Shown here: one piece after another, positions 1 through 9,616 of the stretch
Layout: every line of letters begins with the position of its first letter
How positions within the stretch are numbered: position 1 is the first letter of the stretch
Virus record (IMG/VR): IMGVR_UViG_3300020171_000001
Location: 93,288 to 157,287 of that record
Length of the DNA stretch: 64,000 nt
Direction: 5' to 3' (one strand)
From: a virus
Notes under the pieces: model-generated
Databases searched by the model: none
What the model was told of the DNA's origin: nothing
The model's input: only the letters and a program-made list of their open reading frames with translations
Made by a program: the position numbers and the translations under genes

Positions 1-1
1 G

Positions 2-115
2 GGCTTTCGCATGCCCCTGTACATCTATGAGACGAAGCCTGCTTCTGCTGGCGTAGGCCCCGACGGCTACTCGTTGGAGCTTCTCTATACCATGGAAGAG
101 GACCGGGTGGTCTGA
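2..115 (+). CDS. 3' end of an upstream virion gene (partial; possibly head-tail connector/closure)
   Basis: Open frame GFRMPLYIYETKPAS...MEEDRVV* from the window edge; its TGA overlaps the ATG at 115 (TGATG coupling). Function from position only. Confidence 0.5.
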   Translation, partial: GFRMPLYIYETKPASAGVGPDGYSLELLYTMEEDRVV

Positions 116-897
116 TGGGTTCACAAGCCCGTGTATCCCGGTACCGGCCGCGGCAGCGGCGGCTGCCAGTTCCGCAGCAGCACGCCCGCGCATCCTGGTA
201 CTCCCAGGGCATTGCATCAATGCGAAACATCCTACGAGCCGTGGATAGCCCAGTGGCTTGGTCGGCTATTGCTCGGCCTCGGGCGATGGCCCTCGGGCAG
301 TACGCCGTGTTTGTGACGGCAGCCATGTACTCGGGCATGGCTGATGCCGCGGCGCAAACGGGCCTTGGGACCATCTTCGCCACGCAGGGGAAGGACCAAG
401 GAGCCGTACGGCCTCCGCGGCCACCGTACCAGCCTGGAGAAACGTACCGGAGACTCGCGGGGGCTATCAGCCACGTTGGCGCTCTTGCAACGCCTCCTTC
501 GATAGCTGGGCGATGCCACGTGGGGATCCTCAGTGGGAACGTGGCACCGGATCCCAATCCCAAGTTTCCGCTGGGTACGCCTCTGGAGGTGATTGACGCT
601 GGCGTGAATGGGCCCACGAGGGTCCTGTCATACGACGAAACAGTACGTTCTCGGGCCTACGCCATTATGATGCGGGAGGGCCGCGGCGGATTCGGCACCC
701 GAAAGCCCGACACAGGGCACTTACCGGATGCCCTGGCTGTGCCATCGAGCACAATCACCGTTGTGCGGACCGGAAAGCCCATCTGGGAAACTGCCGCGCG
801 GTCAATTCAGTCCCTGCTGAAGCAGAGCGAAGGGCTCGGCGGGCCGACGAGTGTTGTTGCTACCCTGGTTCGGCAAGCCGCGATGAAGAGACCATAG
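115..897 (+). CDS. putative neck/tail-completion protein (basic)
   Basis: 260-aa Arg-rich ORF coupled to its neighbours, upstream of terminator-like and sheath genes; positional inference. Confidence 0.45.
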   Translation: MGSQARVSRYRPRQRRLPVPQQHARASWYSQGIASMRNILRAVDSPVAWSAIARPRAMALGQYAVFVTAAMYSGMADAAAQTGLGTIFATQGKDQGAVRPPRPPYQPGETYRRLAGAISHVGALATPPSIAGRCHVGILSGNVAPDPNPKFPLGTPLEVIDAGVNGPTRVLSYDETVRSRAYAIMMREGRGGFGTRKPDTGHLPDALAVPSSTITVVRTGKPIWETAARSIQSLLKQSEGLGGPTSVVATLVRQAAMKRP

Positions 898-898
898 G

Positions 899-1906
899 AT
901 GGCCATCCCTACCATTACAGCGGTGTCCCCGAATACCGGCGTGTCACAAGGCGGCGACCTGATCCTCATCACGGGGACCGGATTCCCAACACCGGCCATA
1001 CCGGTGGCTCTACCCACGCCGGATGTCTACCCGTCTGTTTCTGTGATGCTTGGGAGCGCATCGGCAGAGGTCGTCCGGGTCCTGAGCGCCACTGAGTTGA
1101 TTGTTCGTACTCCGGATTACGAGGACAGTGTTCGTGCCTCGGCAGGCGCTGTTGGGGGACCGGTCCCCTACAACGCGTTCCCAGCCGTCGCTGTGGTTCT
1201 GCAGAACTTGGATGCAAACGGCACCCCGGTGCCTGGTGAGAGCGCCACGCTTGCCAGCGGGTTCCAGTTCATTCGGCGGGCCCTGGGCCCCCCGCGATCC
1301 CGCGGTGTCTACAAGCGCATCCAGGACCAGGTCATGGAATGGCTGCGTCGGAATGTCTGCAAGACCGTGTCCACGGGTCGGAATAGCGAATATGCAGACG
1401 GTGCCGAGATCGACGTGCGATTGGCCGCGCTACCGGGCATCGGCGTGGTCTGTGTGTTTGAAGAGGATCCTGGGTGGTCGCAGTTTACCGGGGGGCTTGA
1501 GGAGGTCGTCGATCCGACCGACGCGACCCGGGTACTGGTCTACGACGGCATGAGGGCTCGCCAGGCCCGCGTGAGGCTCTTGTACGCCGGGCAGACCTAC
1601 GACCAGTGCTTGGAACTCAGCGAGGCCCTGGAGGACGCTGTGGAGCGCCAGGGGTACATGGTCATGGATGCAGATCCGGATCTGTACCCCGGAGAGTCTG
1701 ATCGCTACCCGATGTTCTGGGCAGAAACTCCACGAGTGGCCAGTCGCGGCGCAGACACAGACGTGACGCATGGCCACGCTGCGTTGCTGATTCGGGGATT
1801 CCTGCTCATGTCTGATGCGCCACGAGAGCGCGCCTGGACAGTTAGCACCTTCGAAGTCGAGGAAGTTGGCATGGACGGTGGCCCACTTCGTACCACTACG
1901 ACGTAG
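899..1906 (+). CDS. IPT/TIG-domain protein, putative tail terminator
   Basis: N-terminus PTITAVSPNTGVSQGGDLILITGTGF...SATELIVRTP is a typical IPT/TIG Ig-like motif; C-terminal half occupies the tail-terminator position. Confidence 0.6.
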   Translation: MAIPTITAVSPNTGVSQGGDLILITGTGFPTPAIPVALPTPDVYPSVSVMLGSASAEVVRVLSATELIVRTPDYEDSVRASAGAVGGPVPYNAFPAVAVVLQNLDANGTPVPGESATLASGFQFIRRALGPPRSRGVYKRIQDQVMEWLRRNVCKTVSTGRNSEYADGAEIDVRLAALPGIGVVCVFEEDPGWSQFTGGLEEVVDPTDATRVLVYDGMRARQARVRLLYAGQTYDQCLELSEALEDAVERQGYMVMDADPDLYPGESDRYPMFWAETPRVASRGADTDVTHGHAALLIRGFLLMSDAPRERAWTVSTFEVEEVGMDGGPLRTTTT

Positions 1907-2058
1907 GCGCCACAGTGGGTCATACCTGGTAGCGGACCGAGGAGCCACGCATTATCCGGCTTGCGGTCGGGCTCGCAAGACCACGGGCAGGCCATGCAGG
2001 TGCACTGCGTCCCCAGTGCTATTTGCACACGGTGACGCCGGAGTTTACCATCAGGGCA

Positions 2059-2370
2059 ATGATTCGATTGAAGAACCGTGACCGGCGGCCCTTTGCCTTC
2101 AACCTCTACCACTCGGAGGTCTGCGCGGAGACCGGTGCATGCTCGTGCACTTCGGTTGTCGTTGACCTCCCCGGGGGTCTTCGCAGTGCACGTCTGGAGC
2201 CCTTGGGCGTGCGCATCGGAGGATGCCGAGATCCTCATGGGAGCATCAGCGCTCCACTCCCTGACGCCGTGGAACATCTGGGGGCTGTTCGCTCTCGCGT
2301 GCGAGACGGAAGCCTGGAAGTTCTCTCTGGTGGGGGCTACGCTCGGGTAGAAATCATCAAGCCGGAGTAG
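2059..2370 (+). CDS. small hypothetical protein with His/Cys cluster
   Basis: MIRLKNRD...HSEVCAETGACSC; directly before the sheath gene. Confidence 0.55.
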   Translation: MIRLKNRDRRPFAFNLYHSEVCAETGACSCTSVVVDLPGGLRSARLEPLGVRIGGCRDPHGSISAPLPDAVEHLGAVRSRVRDGSLEVLSGGGYARVEIIKPE

Positions 2371-2409
2371 CCGGTCGGCACTGGCAAACACCGGAAAGGA
2401 ATTTCAATC

Positions 2410-4086
2410 ATGGGTCAGGGTAGAAGCCGCATCGACAACAAGTGGGAGAGCAGTACGCTGCGAGGCATGCCCTCGAAAGACTTCGGCGTTCTCCTGGCCT
2501 TGGGCGTCACCGAGTGGGGGCCGGAGGACGTCACTGCGGTGACCTCGTTCGATGACTTCCGTACGAAGTTCGGTCGGTTCCTGACCAGCTACGACCTCGC
2601 GTTGCAGGTCTGGCTCTTCTTCAAGCTGGGCGGGACACGAGCCTACGTCAAGCGGATCTTCCACTACATCGGGCACGGCGTTGGCGACAGCGCTACCCCG
2701 GTGACAGCCGCGCGGGGAACGACCACGCTCTCCACGGCCGGGGGGCTCCCCTACGGTGTGCAGCAGACGCTGCAGGTGGACGGCCTCTACTTTGGGGCTC
2801 TCGCGCTGCGCGTGGAGGTGATCCTGGCGTCAAACGGCTCGACCGAGTATTTCGACCTGAACGTGTACCATCCCGAGTACACGCTCCCGATCGAGCACAT
2901 TCGGAACGTGACCATGGACGAGGCCTCCGTGGACTACGTCGAGGACGTGGTCAACACGTCAGTGCGACGGAGCAGCTACATCACGGTGACCGATCTGTCA
3001 GCGACGGGCACGGCCACACAGCGTCGTCCGGCGGACCTGGTCTCGCCGGTGCCCCTGTCTGGCGGGAATGATGGCCTCGCTGGCCTTGTCGATGCGGACT
3101 ATACGGGCGGACCGACCAACCGGACCGGCCTCTACGCGTTCAATCTGGTCGACGAGGGGAACTTCCTGATCGTCCCGGACAACACGGTCATCGCGACGCA
3201 GAACGCGGCCACCGCGTACTGCCGAGATATCAAACAGGAAAAGGTCGTCTTCATCCCCGATGTCCCGGCTTCGCTGAGCAGTACATCGGCCGTCAACCAC
3301 GTAACTGCGCTCACCAATTCCCGGGCTCGGTCGGGCCTGGATTGGCCACGCATGCGAATTTCGAACCCGAGTAAGGCCATCTACGGGCAAAACGTGGAGA
3401 CCCTGGCCGTCGGTACTTCGGGCGCCAGAGCTGGTCTCTCGGCTGCTCTTGGCAAGGGCGGCGTCTCCGGCGTCGTAGTTCCTCAGAAGATGTGGACGAA
3501 CCCGTCCAACGAGGTCTTCGGCTGGATTGCCGAAGCCGTGGGCCTCGAAGGCTTGGACAGCAAACACGAGGTGCTGGATCCCACCGTGCAGGACCGTGTG
3601 ACGGACTACGGGATCAACCCGGTGCTGGTGGGCAAGCGTGGGACCGACGGTCGCTACGGCGTGTGGTTCAACGACTGCCAGACGGGGGAAGCCACTTCTG
3701 CTGTGGAACTGGGATCCTTCGGCAACCAGGCTGGGCTTTCCCACCTGCGGTACATCTACACGGCCTATCTCCAGCAGCACCGAACGCAGGGAAACACTGA
3801 GATGCGGCGGTTGCAGATCGAGATGGCCCTGAAGACCAGCCTGGGTTCCTGGGCAGCTCTGGGCTGCTTCGCCACGACGGACGCCGCACAAGCGTTTTAC
3901 GTCAACGTGGACGTGGGCGGCCAGAACATCAACAACCCGTTGGTCCAGCGACAGCAGAGGATGATCATCAAGATCGGCATCGCGTTCGCGGACCCGGCCC
4001 GGTTCATGGAGCTGGTCTTCACACGGGACAATCGCGCCGTGGAGAGCTACATGCAGCAGATCACGGCCAGCACGGGCAACGCATAA
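2410..4086 (+). CDS. contractile tail sheath protein
   Basis: GVTEWGP...VTSFDDFRTKFG...FFKLGGTRAYVKRI N-terminus, LSGGNDG, GINP, C-terminal AFYVNVD...N...IGIAFADPARF typical of sheath proteins; RBS GAAAGGA. Confidence 0.92.
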   Translation: MGQGRSRIDNKWESSTLRGMPSKDFGVLLALGVTEWGPEDVTAVTSFDDFRTKFGRFLTSYDLALQVWLFFKLGGTRAYVKRIFHYIGHGVGDSATPVTAARGTTTLSTAGGLPYGVQQTLQVDGLYFGALALRVEVILASNGSTEYFDLNVYHPEYTLPIEHIRNVTMDEASVDYVEDVVNTSVRRSSYITVTDLSATGTATQRRPADLVSPVPLSGGNDGLAGLVDADYTGGPTNRTGLYAFNLVDEGNFLIVPDNTVIATQNAATAYCRDIKQEKVVFIPDVPASLSSTSAVNHVTALTNSRARSGLDWPRMRISNPSKAIYGQNVETLAVGTSGARAGLSAALGKGGVSGVVVPQKMWTNPSNEVFGWIAEAVGLEGLDSKHEVLDPTVQDRVTDYGINPVLVGKRGTDGRYGVWFNDCQTGEATSAVELGSFGNQAGLSHLRYIYTAYLQQHRTQGNTEMRRLQIEMALKTSLGSWAALGCFATTDAAQAFYVNVDVGGQNINNPLVQRQQRMIIKIGIAFADPARFMELVFTRDNRAVESYMQQITASTGNA

Positions 4087-4088
4087 CC

Positions 4089-4107
4089 GAGTCCCTGACG
4101 GGGACTC
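4089..4107 (+). other. intergenic hairpin between sheath and tube (GAGTCCC-tgacg-GGGACTC)
   Basis: 7-bp perfect stem without U-tract; possible mRNA stability or processing element. Confidence 0.45.
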
Positions 4108-4119
4108 CCGGAGCAAGAT

Positions 4120-4605
4120 ATGGCGACCCAGGCACGATCGCGGGAACTGGCAGCCCAGGCGTTCTTCTACATCTTCGATATGGACGGGAACCTGTCCGGG
4201 AAGGTGCGATCGGTCACCGGGGGTGACATCACTTTCGAGATCGCAACGAACCGCGAGGGCGGATCTATCTTCCCCCAGAAGATGGCCACAATCGCGGACA
4301 CCGGTGAGGTCACGCTCCAGCGCGCTGTGCTCCCTTCGGATTCCTCCTTCTACGACTGGCTGCTGGACCAGGCCGATGTTCTGGCAGACATGCCCGTGGG
4401 CTCCGGTCTGCGTGATCCGGACACCCTGCGGGATATCGTCATCGTTGGCGAAGCCCGAGACCGCACGCGCATTCTGCAGTGGACCCTGCACGGCTGCTCG
4501 GTGGCTGGCTACCCCATGTTCCAGTTCGACAACATGGGCGGGGATCTGCTCATCGAGGAACTCCGGATCGTCTATGAATGGCCCGAGGTCGATTTTCTCG
4601 GGTAA
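4120..4605 (+). CDS. tail tube protein (T4 gp19-like)
   Basis: NREGG...K...EVTLQRA...FYDW...RDIVIV...WTL...IEELRIVYE pattern of gp19-family tubes; follows the sheath. Confidence 0.9.
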   Translation: MATQARSRELAAQAFFYIFDMDGNLSGKVRSVTGGDITFEIATNREGGSIFPQKMATIADTGEVTLQRAVLPSDSSFYDWLLDQADVLADMPVGSGLRDPDTLRDIVIVGEARDRTRILQWTLHGCSVAGYPMFQFDNMGGDLLIEELRIVYEWPEVDFLG

Positions 4606-4630
4606 GTTTTCCAGGCATTCCACTAGCCTC

Positions 4631-4666
4631 CAGCCCCAGCCCCAGCCCCAGCCCCAGCCCCAGCCC
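4631..4666. repeat. (CAGCCC)6 tandem repeat
   Basis: Read directly; intergenic after the tube gene. Confidence 0.95.
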
Positions 4667-4785
4667 CCCGTAGAGCCTGTCCTGGTGCCTTTCGTGCCGT
4701 TGTATAGTTTGCCCCCGTAGCACTCCCAGAACTGCGCGGTGCTCCAGCCAACGGGTCGAGGGGGCAGAGTGCCCGCTCGCAGTCC

Positions 4786-4813
4786 TTGACAGGCCTGACA
4801 GGCATGGTAGATT
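4786..4813 (+). promoter_or_regulatory. sigma70-like promoter TTGACA-N16-TAGATT overlapped by TGACAGGCCTGACAGGCATGGTA operator-like motif
   Basis: Consensus -35, extended -10 (TGG-TAGATT), 27 nt before ATG 4840 with GAGGAGG RBS. Confidence 0.65.
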
Positions 4814-4839
4814 GGCACGAATCTGAGGAGGTCGTACCC

Positions 4840-5994
4840 ATGTCTGTCGTTTGCGAGCCATCCGGCCTTGTCCTGAATCTGCGTGCGCTGAGACCCGGAG
4901 ACATCCACGATGTGTTGGAGAGCCTCCGAGGGAGCTCGGGAGCAAGCGCCAGTGGGTCCGCAGATGTCTCAGCCACGCAGCGCATTCAAGAGCGCATGCG
5001 CCGTCGTCGGCAGCAGAAGCAAGGGCACGCGGGCGAGGACATCGACGACATGCCGTCGCAGGGCGCCAAGTTCTACGCCGATTATGGCGGTGGCACCCTG
5101 GTGGGCGAGATTCTGAACCGGCTGCAGCAGCCGCCCTTCGTTCTGGATGCTGGGGCCTACGGCGGGAACCTCGTGCCGGGGCGCCCGGTTGACTTCCGCA
5201 AGTTGCTCATCACGGACGTGGAAAGTGCTGTGTACCGCGTTCGCGAAGCCGCCGGAGTACCCCTGAGCATCCGCCCCAACTGCGGGGCCTGCGGACGACT
5301 CTCACGCGAGTCGCAGGACATCTACGTGTCCGATGTGGAGCACTGGGCATGCTCAGATCGGGGGAAGCATGCCCTGGCTGAGGGGACGCCTGTCGATGTC
5401 GAGGGGCGAGAGTGGATCGTGAGCTTGGTCCCGCCCACGCTGGCTCGGCAGAGTGCTGTGGACCGCATCTTGGCTCTGCCCACCTACCCCGTGAGCTTGC
5501 GCCTGGACACGACCCTCTTGGCGTCCATCGGTGCCGTGATCCCGTACTGCCCCGCAGATGCCGCAGATGCCGCAGACGCTGGCAGGCCCGTGGGGGCTGG
5601 CGGGTCTGAGGACCGCGGAGCATCAGCGGAATCGGGGGGCCCGGCGCCGGCAGCGCCTGCTGCGAAGTCCCCCACGGCCCTGGAGAGGCAAGTGCGGGAG
5701 ATCAGCCTCCTGACCCGCGGGGGGTCTGCTGAGAACTCGGTTGGTGGGCCCGGCAAGGTGCTCACGATGCCCCTGGAGATCATCCAGTGGTGGCGAAACA
5801 TGGACGACTGGGCTCTCCGTGAAGACATCATGGAAGAGGTCAGCGATCTCTGGGGCGGTGTGGACTCAGAGTTCATGTGGACCTGCAAGGTCGACCCCAC
5901 TGTTTGCAGTACGGAACAGCGGGGGATGGTCCCTTTGGATCTTTCGTTTTTCGGCTTGGTGAGCGTGGGTCCGCGCCGCCGCCGGAGGAAGTAG
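4840..5994 (+). CDS. tail assembly chaperone / T4 baseplate-hub-assembly-like protein with zinc ribbons
   Basis: Between tube and tape measure; CGAC and CKVDPTVC Cys pairs; ends ...PLDLSFF; strong RBS at 4840. Confidence 0.7.
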   Translation: MSVVCEPSGLVLNLRALRPGDIHDVLESLRGSSGASASGSADVSATQRIQERMRRRRQQKQGHAGEDIDDMPSQGAKFYADYGGGTLVGEILNRLQQPPFVLDAGAYGGNLVPGRPVDFRKLLITDVESAVYRVREAAGVPLSIRPNCGACGRLSRESQDIYVSDVEHWACSDRGKHALAEGTPVDVEGREWIVSLVPPTLARQSAVDRILALPTYPVSLRLDTTLLASIGAVIPYCPADAADAADAGRPVGAGGSEDRGASAESGGPAPAAPAAKSPTALERQVREISLLTRGGSAENSVGGPGKVLTMPLEIIQWWRNMDDWALREDIMEEVSDLWGGVDSEFMWTCKVDPTVCSTEQRGMVPLDLSFFGLVSVGPRRRRRK

Positions 5995-6338
5995 CCCAAG
6001 CCCGGGAGGACCTCCCGGAGGAACTAGCCTATTTGGCCGAGCATCCGATTCCGCCGAACTGGGTAGACTTCCTGTTCGGGTTCCCCGTGACACGCCTGGG
6101 GTACCTGAATTTGATCCGCGCTCTTATCCAGAACGGCGGGATGACACCAGCGCTTGCCCTGGGGTCTGTTCGGGAGGCCAATGCCATGCCCCTCTCCTTG
6201 GCCACTGAATTGCTGCAGTTGATGTCTCATTCCCTTCAGGACATAATGGACGGTGCCGACTCCCCGCAGGAGACGACGTCTGATGGCCGCCGTCGCACCA
6301 GCATTGTTTCCATGTTCCATGGCGGCGGCAAAGGATAG
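5877..6338 (+). CDS. probable -1 frameshift extension of the tail assembly chaperone
   Basis: -1 frame ORF overlapping the chaperone 3' end and stopping just before the tape measure; slippery G-TTT-TTC at 5946-5952. Confidence 0.55.
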   Translation: MDLQGRPHCLQYGTAGDGPFGSFVFRLGERGSAPPPEEVAQAREDLPEELAYLAEHPIPPNWVDFLFGFPVTRLGYLNLIRALIQNGGMTPALALGSVREANAMPLSLATELLQLMSHSLQDIMDGADSPQETTSDGRRRTSIVSMFHGGGKG

Positions 6339-6346
6339 AGCCTGAC

Positions 6347-9300
6347 GTGGCGCTCATAGCCAACCTCATCTCCCGGCTCACCATCGACATCCGGGTGAAA
6401 CGGGCCACGCTGCAAGTCCAAGCTCTCACGGCATCGCTCGTCGGCTTGGAAGCAGCGATGGGGAACACTGTTGCTTCGCTGTCCTCTGGGGCCCTGGCAT
6501 CGAGTATCGCAGCGGCCACGGGGCGATTCAAGCTTGTCGCGACGACCGCCGCAACCAATTTCAATGCAGCCACTACCGCAATCAACGGAACAACTGCCGC
6601 GCTTCGCAATGCCTCGACGGCCCTGACCGCCACGGGCACCACGATGGGCGGAACTGCCAATCGTGTCCGCGCAGCAGCGGCTGGCGGGAGCACCGTTGGC
6701 ACCGTTGGCACCGTTGGCCGAGGCGGCGGTGCAGGCAAGGGCGGCCTGAACAGGGGCGGTGGCCGCCCGGGGGTGCCGCCCGGGGGCGGATTTGCCGGTG
6801 TTGCAGGTTCCTTCGTGGGCATGCTGGTGGGCGGCTATGCCCTGCAGGGCATCAGTTCGTTTCTGAACCGGTCCATGGAGATGGAAACGGCGCTGGTGCA
6901 GCTCCAGGCCATCACACGGGCCAACACGCAAGAGATGGCTGCCTACGAGAAAAAGATCTTGGAGGTTGCCGGCGCCACGCCCTTTGACCCTGCGCAGATC
7001 GCCGAGGGCATGCTCAAACTCCGGCAAGCAACCGGGTCGAGTAAGGCGGCTCTCGAGCTTCTGGGTGCCACAGCCAATACAGCACTGGCATCGTTCGATA
7101 AACTCTCGCTCCCTGCCGCTGCGGATTTTATCGGGCAGATTTCCAAGTCGTTCGGTGGGACACCGGCCGAGGTCGGCGAACGCGCTCAGAGCATCTATCG
7201 ACTCTCCCTGGCGTCAGGCACGCCCATTGAGCACTTTTCCAAGGTGGCCGGTAAACTCGGTGCTGCGGCCAAACGCGGCGGGCAATCACCGGAGACGATC
7301 TTGCGCATGTTCGCGCTCTCCGCGGGTATGACCGGTGGGGCCAAAGAAGCAGCTACGCAGCTTGAGCGCGTCTCTGGCGAAATAGGCACCCAAGGTGCCA
7401 TTGAGGGCCTGAAACAGATTGGCGTCGTCATCGAGAAGACCGAAGGGGGCATCAAGGACTTCGGAGACATCATCCTCCAGCTCGTAGAACGATGGAAGCA
7501 CAGTCCGGAAATGGCCAAGGCGGCGTTGACCAAGAGCACCGGTGGGATCGACATGACCAAGACGGGCTCGCGTCGCGGGGCAGGGCAGGGCATCGGTGAA
7601 AAGTCGGTTCGCGCGATCCTCTACCCCGTGGTTCGGCTTCTCGAAGGGGTCGGCGGAGTCGGGAAAGGCGCTCAAGCCTGGAACATGCTAGGCGATGAGA
7701 TGAAGAGCACTGTTGACATCATGGCTATCCTCGCTGAGCGCCGACTGAGCACGCTGAACGGGCAGCTGCAGCTCCTGGGAGAAGAGCTGGGCAAGACCGC
7801 GCGAATCGTTGGGGACATCATGGCGCCCTTCGTGCGCAGACTCGCGGGGGACCTGCAGGCCCTCACCGGGCGCTTCCAGGCTGCGTACAAGAACAGCAAG
7901 TTGTTTGCTTGGGCCGTGGACAACGTGGTTGAAGTCCTGGGCAAAGCAGTAGTTGCTTTTTCGGCAATAGCGATGGCCAAGGGTGGCTACGGCCTTGTCA
8001 AGAACGTGGCCGGGTTCACAGGTCTTACGGGGGCCGCGGGCTGGGCTATCGACAGATACAAGAACAGGGGCATGCCTTCAGCAGCTGCGCAAACCCGCGC
8101 CATGGCTATGCGTGGCCCGGTGCCCGCAGTTGCCGCGAATGCTCTTACTGGTGCTGCACTGGGTCAAGCCATGGGCGGTGTGGGGTTTGGCGCGGCTTCA
8201 CTCGGGGGGAAGATAACCGTGGGGGCCCTCGGGTTGGGCTTGGCGCTTATAAAACTGGCGGCTATCGCCGCTGCGCTCTACGTCGCGTTCAAGGCTCTCG
8301 AGTGGGTCGCTGTGAACGTCTGGTCGGTGGCCACCAGGGGCTGGAAAGGGACAGTGCAGAAGAAGCGGGAAGAGAAATGGCACGAGATCATGCGCGGGGA
8401 AGAGACAGGTGTGAAGCTAGCAAGCAATCAGAAATTGATCAAGGTCCTTCAACCCATGTCGGACTCTGACATACAGGCTGTCTCTGCCGAATTCCGGACC
8501 AAGTTCCGCAAGTCCATAGGCGAAGCCTCGCTAGACGAAATGGAATGGCTGGGATGGCGCATCACGAACCACGGCGCGCTCCTGGCCAGAGCTCTGTGGG
8601 CGTCGAACAAGGCCAGTATCGAGATGACCAAGAGCCTGGTGGACCAGGCAAAAGCGACTCATGCTCAGGTTGCCCTCCAGGAGAAGCTCAACACAGCCTA
8701 CGCCTACGGGTTTACGCGGATGAACAAGCTCATGGAGGAGGCCAAGGGCATGGCCTCTTATGTCCCCCCCGAGATAAAGTGGGGTACGCACAAGAAGGGC
8801 GAGGCACTGCTGCAGGCTGCTTTGGGCCGTGGCGACCTCGGGGACGCCGAGCAGCGCCTGGTCATGTCGGCGCTGAACATTGGCCAGCAGATGCAGCCCC
8901 TGGTGGAAAGCTCCGTGGCAGGAAATATAAGCACGGAAGACCATGCTACGCTCACCCGACTGGCGGAACTCTGGCAGATAGCCTTTACGCAACTTGCTCG
9001 TCAGCGCGTGGGCGGATTCTCGCTGGACTTCGCTGGGAAATACGGGGCAGACGTCCTGTCGCAGATCACGGCGATTGGCACGGAGCAAAACCGGCACTAC
9101 AGCCGTGGCCTCGGTGCGCTCACCCACGGGCAGTTCCTGGATCGGGCCAATCCCGCCATGTTCATCCCCGGCTGGGACCAGAGCGCCCTCGGGTACCAGC
9201 CGATACCCGGCTGGTCCGATGTACTCCAGGGGCCGTGGAATCGCCAGTACACCAACCCGACCGTGGATCCCAAGACGGGTCGGCCGATCGGCGCCCGAAC

Positions 9301-9616
9301 GTCTGAGAACGACTATGATTATAATTGGCTGAGTCCCACGAACACGGACTACAGCACTGGGCAGAGCAGACTGCCGCAAGCACAAAAGAGCGAGCGGACG
9401 TCGTTCCTCACGGAGCAATCGGCCTTCATGGAAAGGGCCATGTGCAGGGCTCTGCAAACGGTATTTAAAGTACCTTCCCCGACTGCACGGTCGCTTGCCC
9501 TCGAATGGGAGAACTTGCCCCGTGCTGAGAGCAGCACACCGGCGCCTGCATGGGCCAAAGACCCCATGTCGCGAGCGCAGGATGGGGGCGAATACCACAA
9601 ATGGGGGCCACAGTAA
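6347..9616 (+). CDS. tape measure protein
   Basis: 1089 aa, Ala/Gly-rich and helical; TP901-like core (METALVQLQAIT...ATPFDPAQIAEGMLKL...LGATANTALA); hydrophobic segments; canonical position. Confidence 0.9.
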   Translation: MALIANLISRLTIDIRVKRATLQVQALTASLVGLEAAMGNTVASLSSGALASSIAAATGRFKLVATTAATNFNAATTAINGTTAALRNASTALTATGTTMGGTANRVRAAAAGGSTVGTVGTVGRGGGAGKGGLNRGGGRPGVPPGGGFAGVAGSFVGMLVGGYALQGISSFLNRSMEMETALVQLQAITRANTQEMAAYEKKILEVAGATPFDPAQIAEGMLKLRQATGSSKAALELLGATANTALASFDKLSLPAAADFIGQISKSFGGTPAEVGERAQSIYRLSLASGTPIEHFSKVAGKLGAAAKRGGQSPETILRMFALSAGMTGGAKEAATQLERVSGEIGTQGAIEGLKQIGVVIEKTEGGIKDFGDIILQLVERWKHSPEMAKAALTKSTGGIDMTKTGSRRGAGQGIGEKSVRAILYPVVRLLEGVGGVGKGAQAWNMLGDEMKSTVDIMAILAERRLSTLNGQLQLLGEELGKTARIVGDIMAPFVRRLAGDLQALTGRFQAAYKNSKLFAWAVDNVVEVLGKAVVAFSAIAMAKGGYGLVKNVAGFTGLTGAAGWAIDRYKNRGMPSAAAQTRAMAMRGPVPAVAANALTGAALGQAMGGVGFGAASLGGKITVGALGLGLALIKLAAIAAALYVAFKALEWVAVNVWSVATRGWKGTVQKKREEKWHEIMRGEETGVKLASNQKLIKVLQPMSDSDIQAVSAEFRTKFRKSIGEASLDEMEWLGWRITNHGALLARALWASNKASIEMTKSLVDQAKATHAQVALQEKLNTAYAYGFTRMNKLMEEAKGMASYVPPEIKWGTHKKGEALLQAALGRGDLGDAEQRLVMSALNIGQQMQPLVESSVAGNISTEDHATLTRLAELWQIAFTQLARQRVGGFSLDFAGKYGADVLSQITAIGTEQNRHYSRGLGALTHGQFLDRANPAMFIPGWDQSALGYQPIPGWSDVLQGPWNRQYTNPTVDPKTGRPIGARTSENDYDYNWLSPTNTDYSTGQSRLPQAQKSERTSFLTEQSAFMERAMCRALQTVFKVPSPTARSLALEWENLPRAESSTPAPAWAKDPMSRAQDGGEYHKWGPQ

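Noticed and set aside
2998-4908. 636-aa minus-strand ORF with GWGWGW repeat
   Set aside because: Antisense to sheath and tube; the repeat is just (CAGCCC)6 translated
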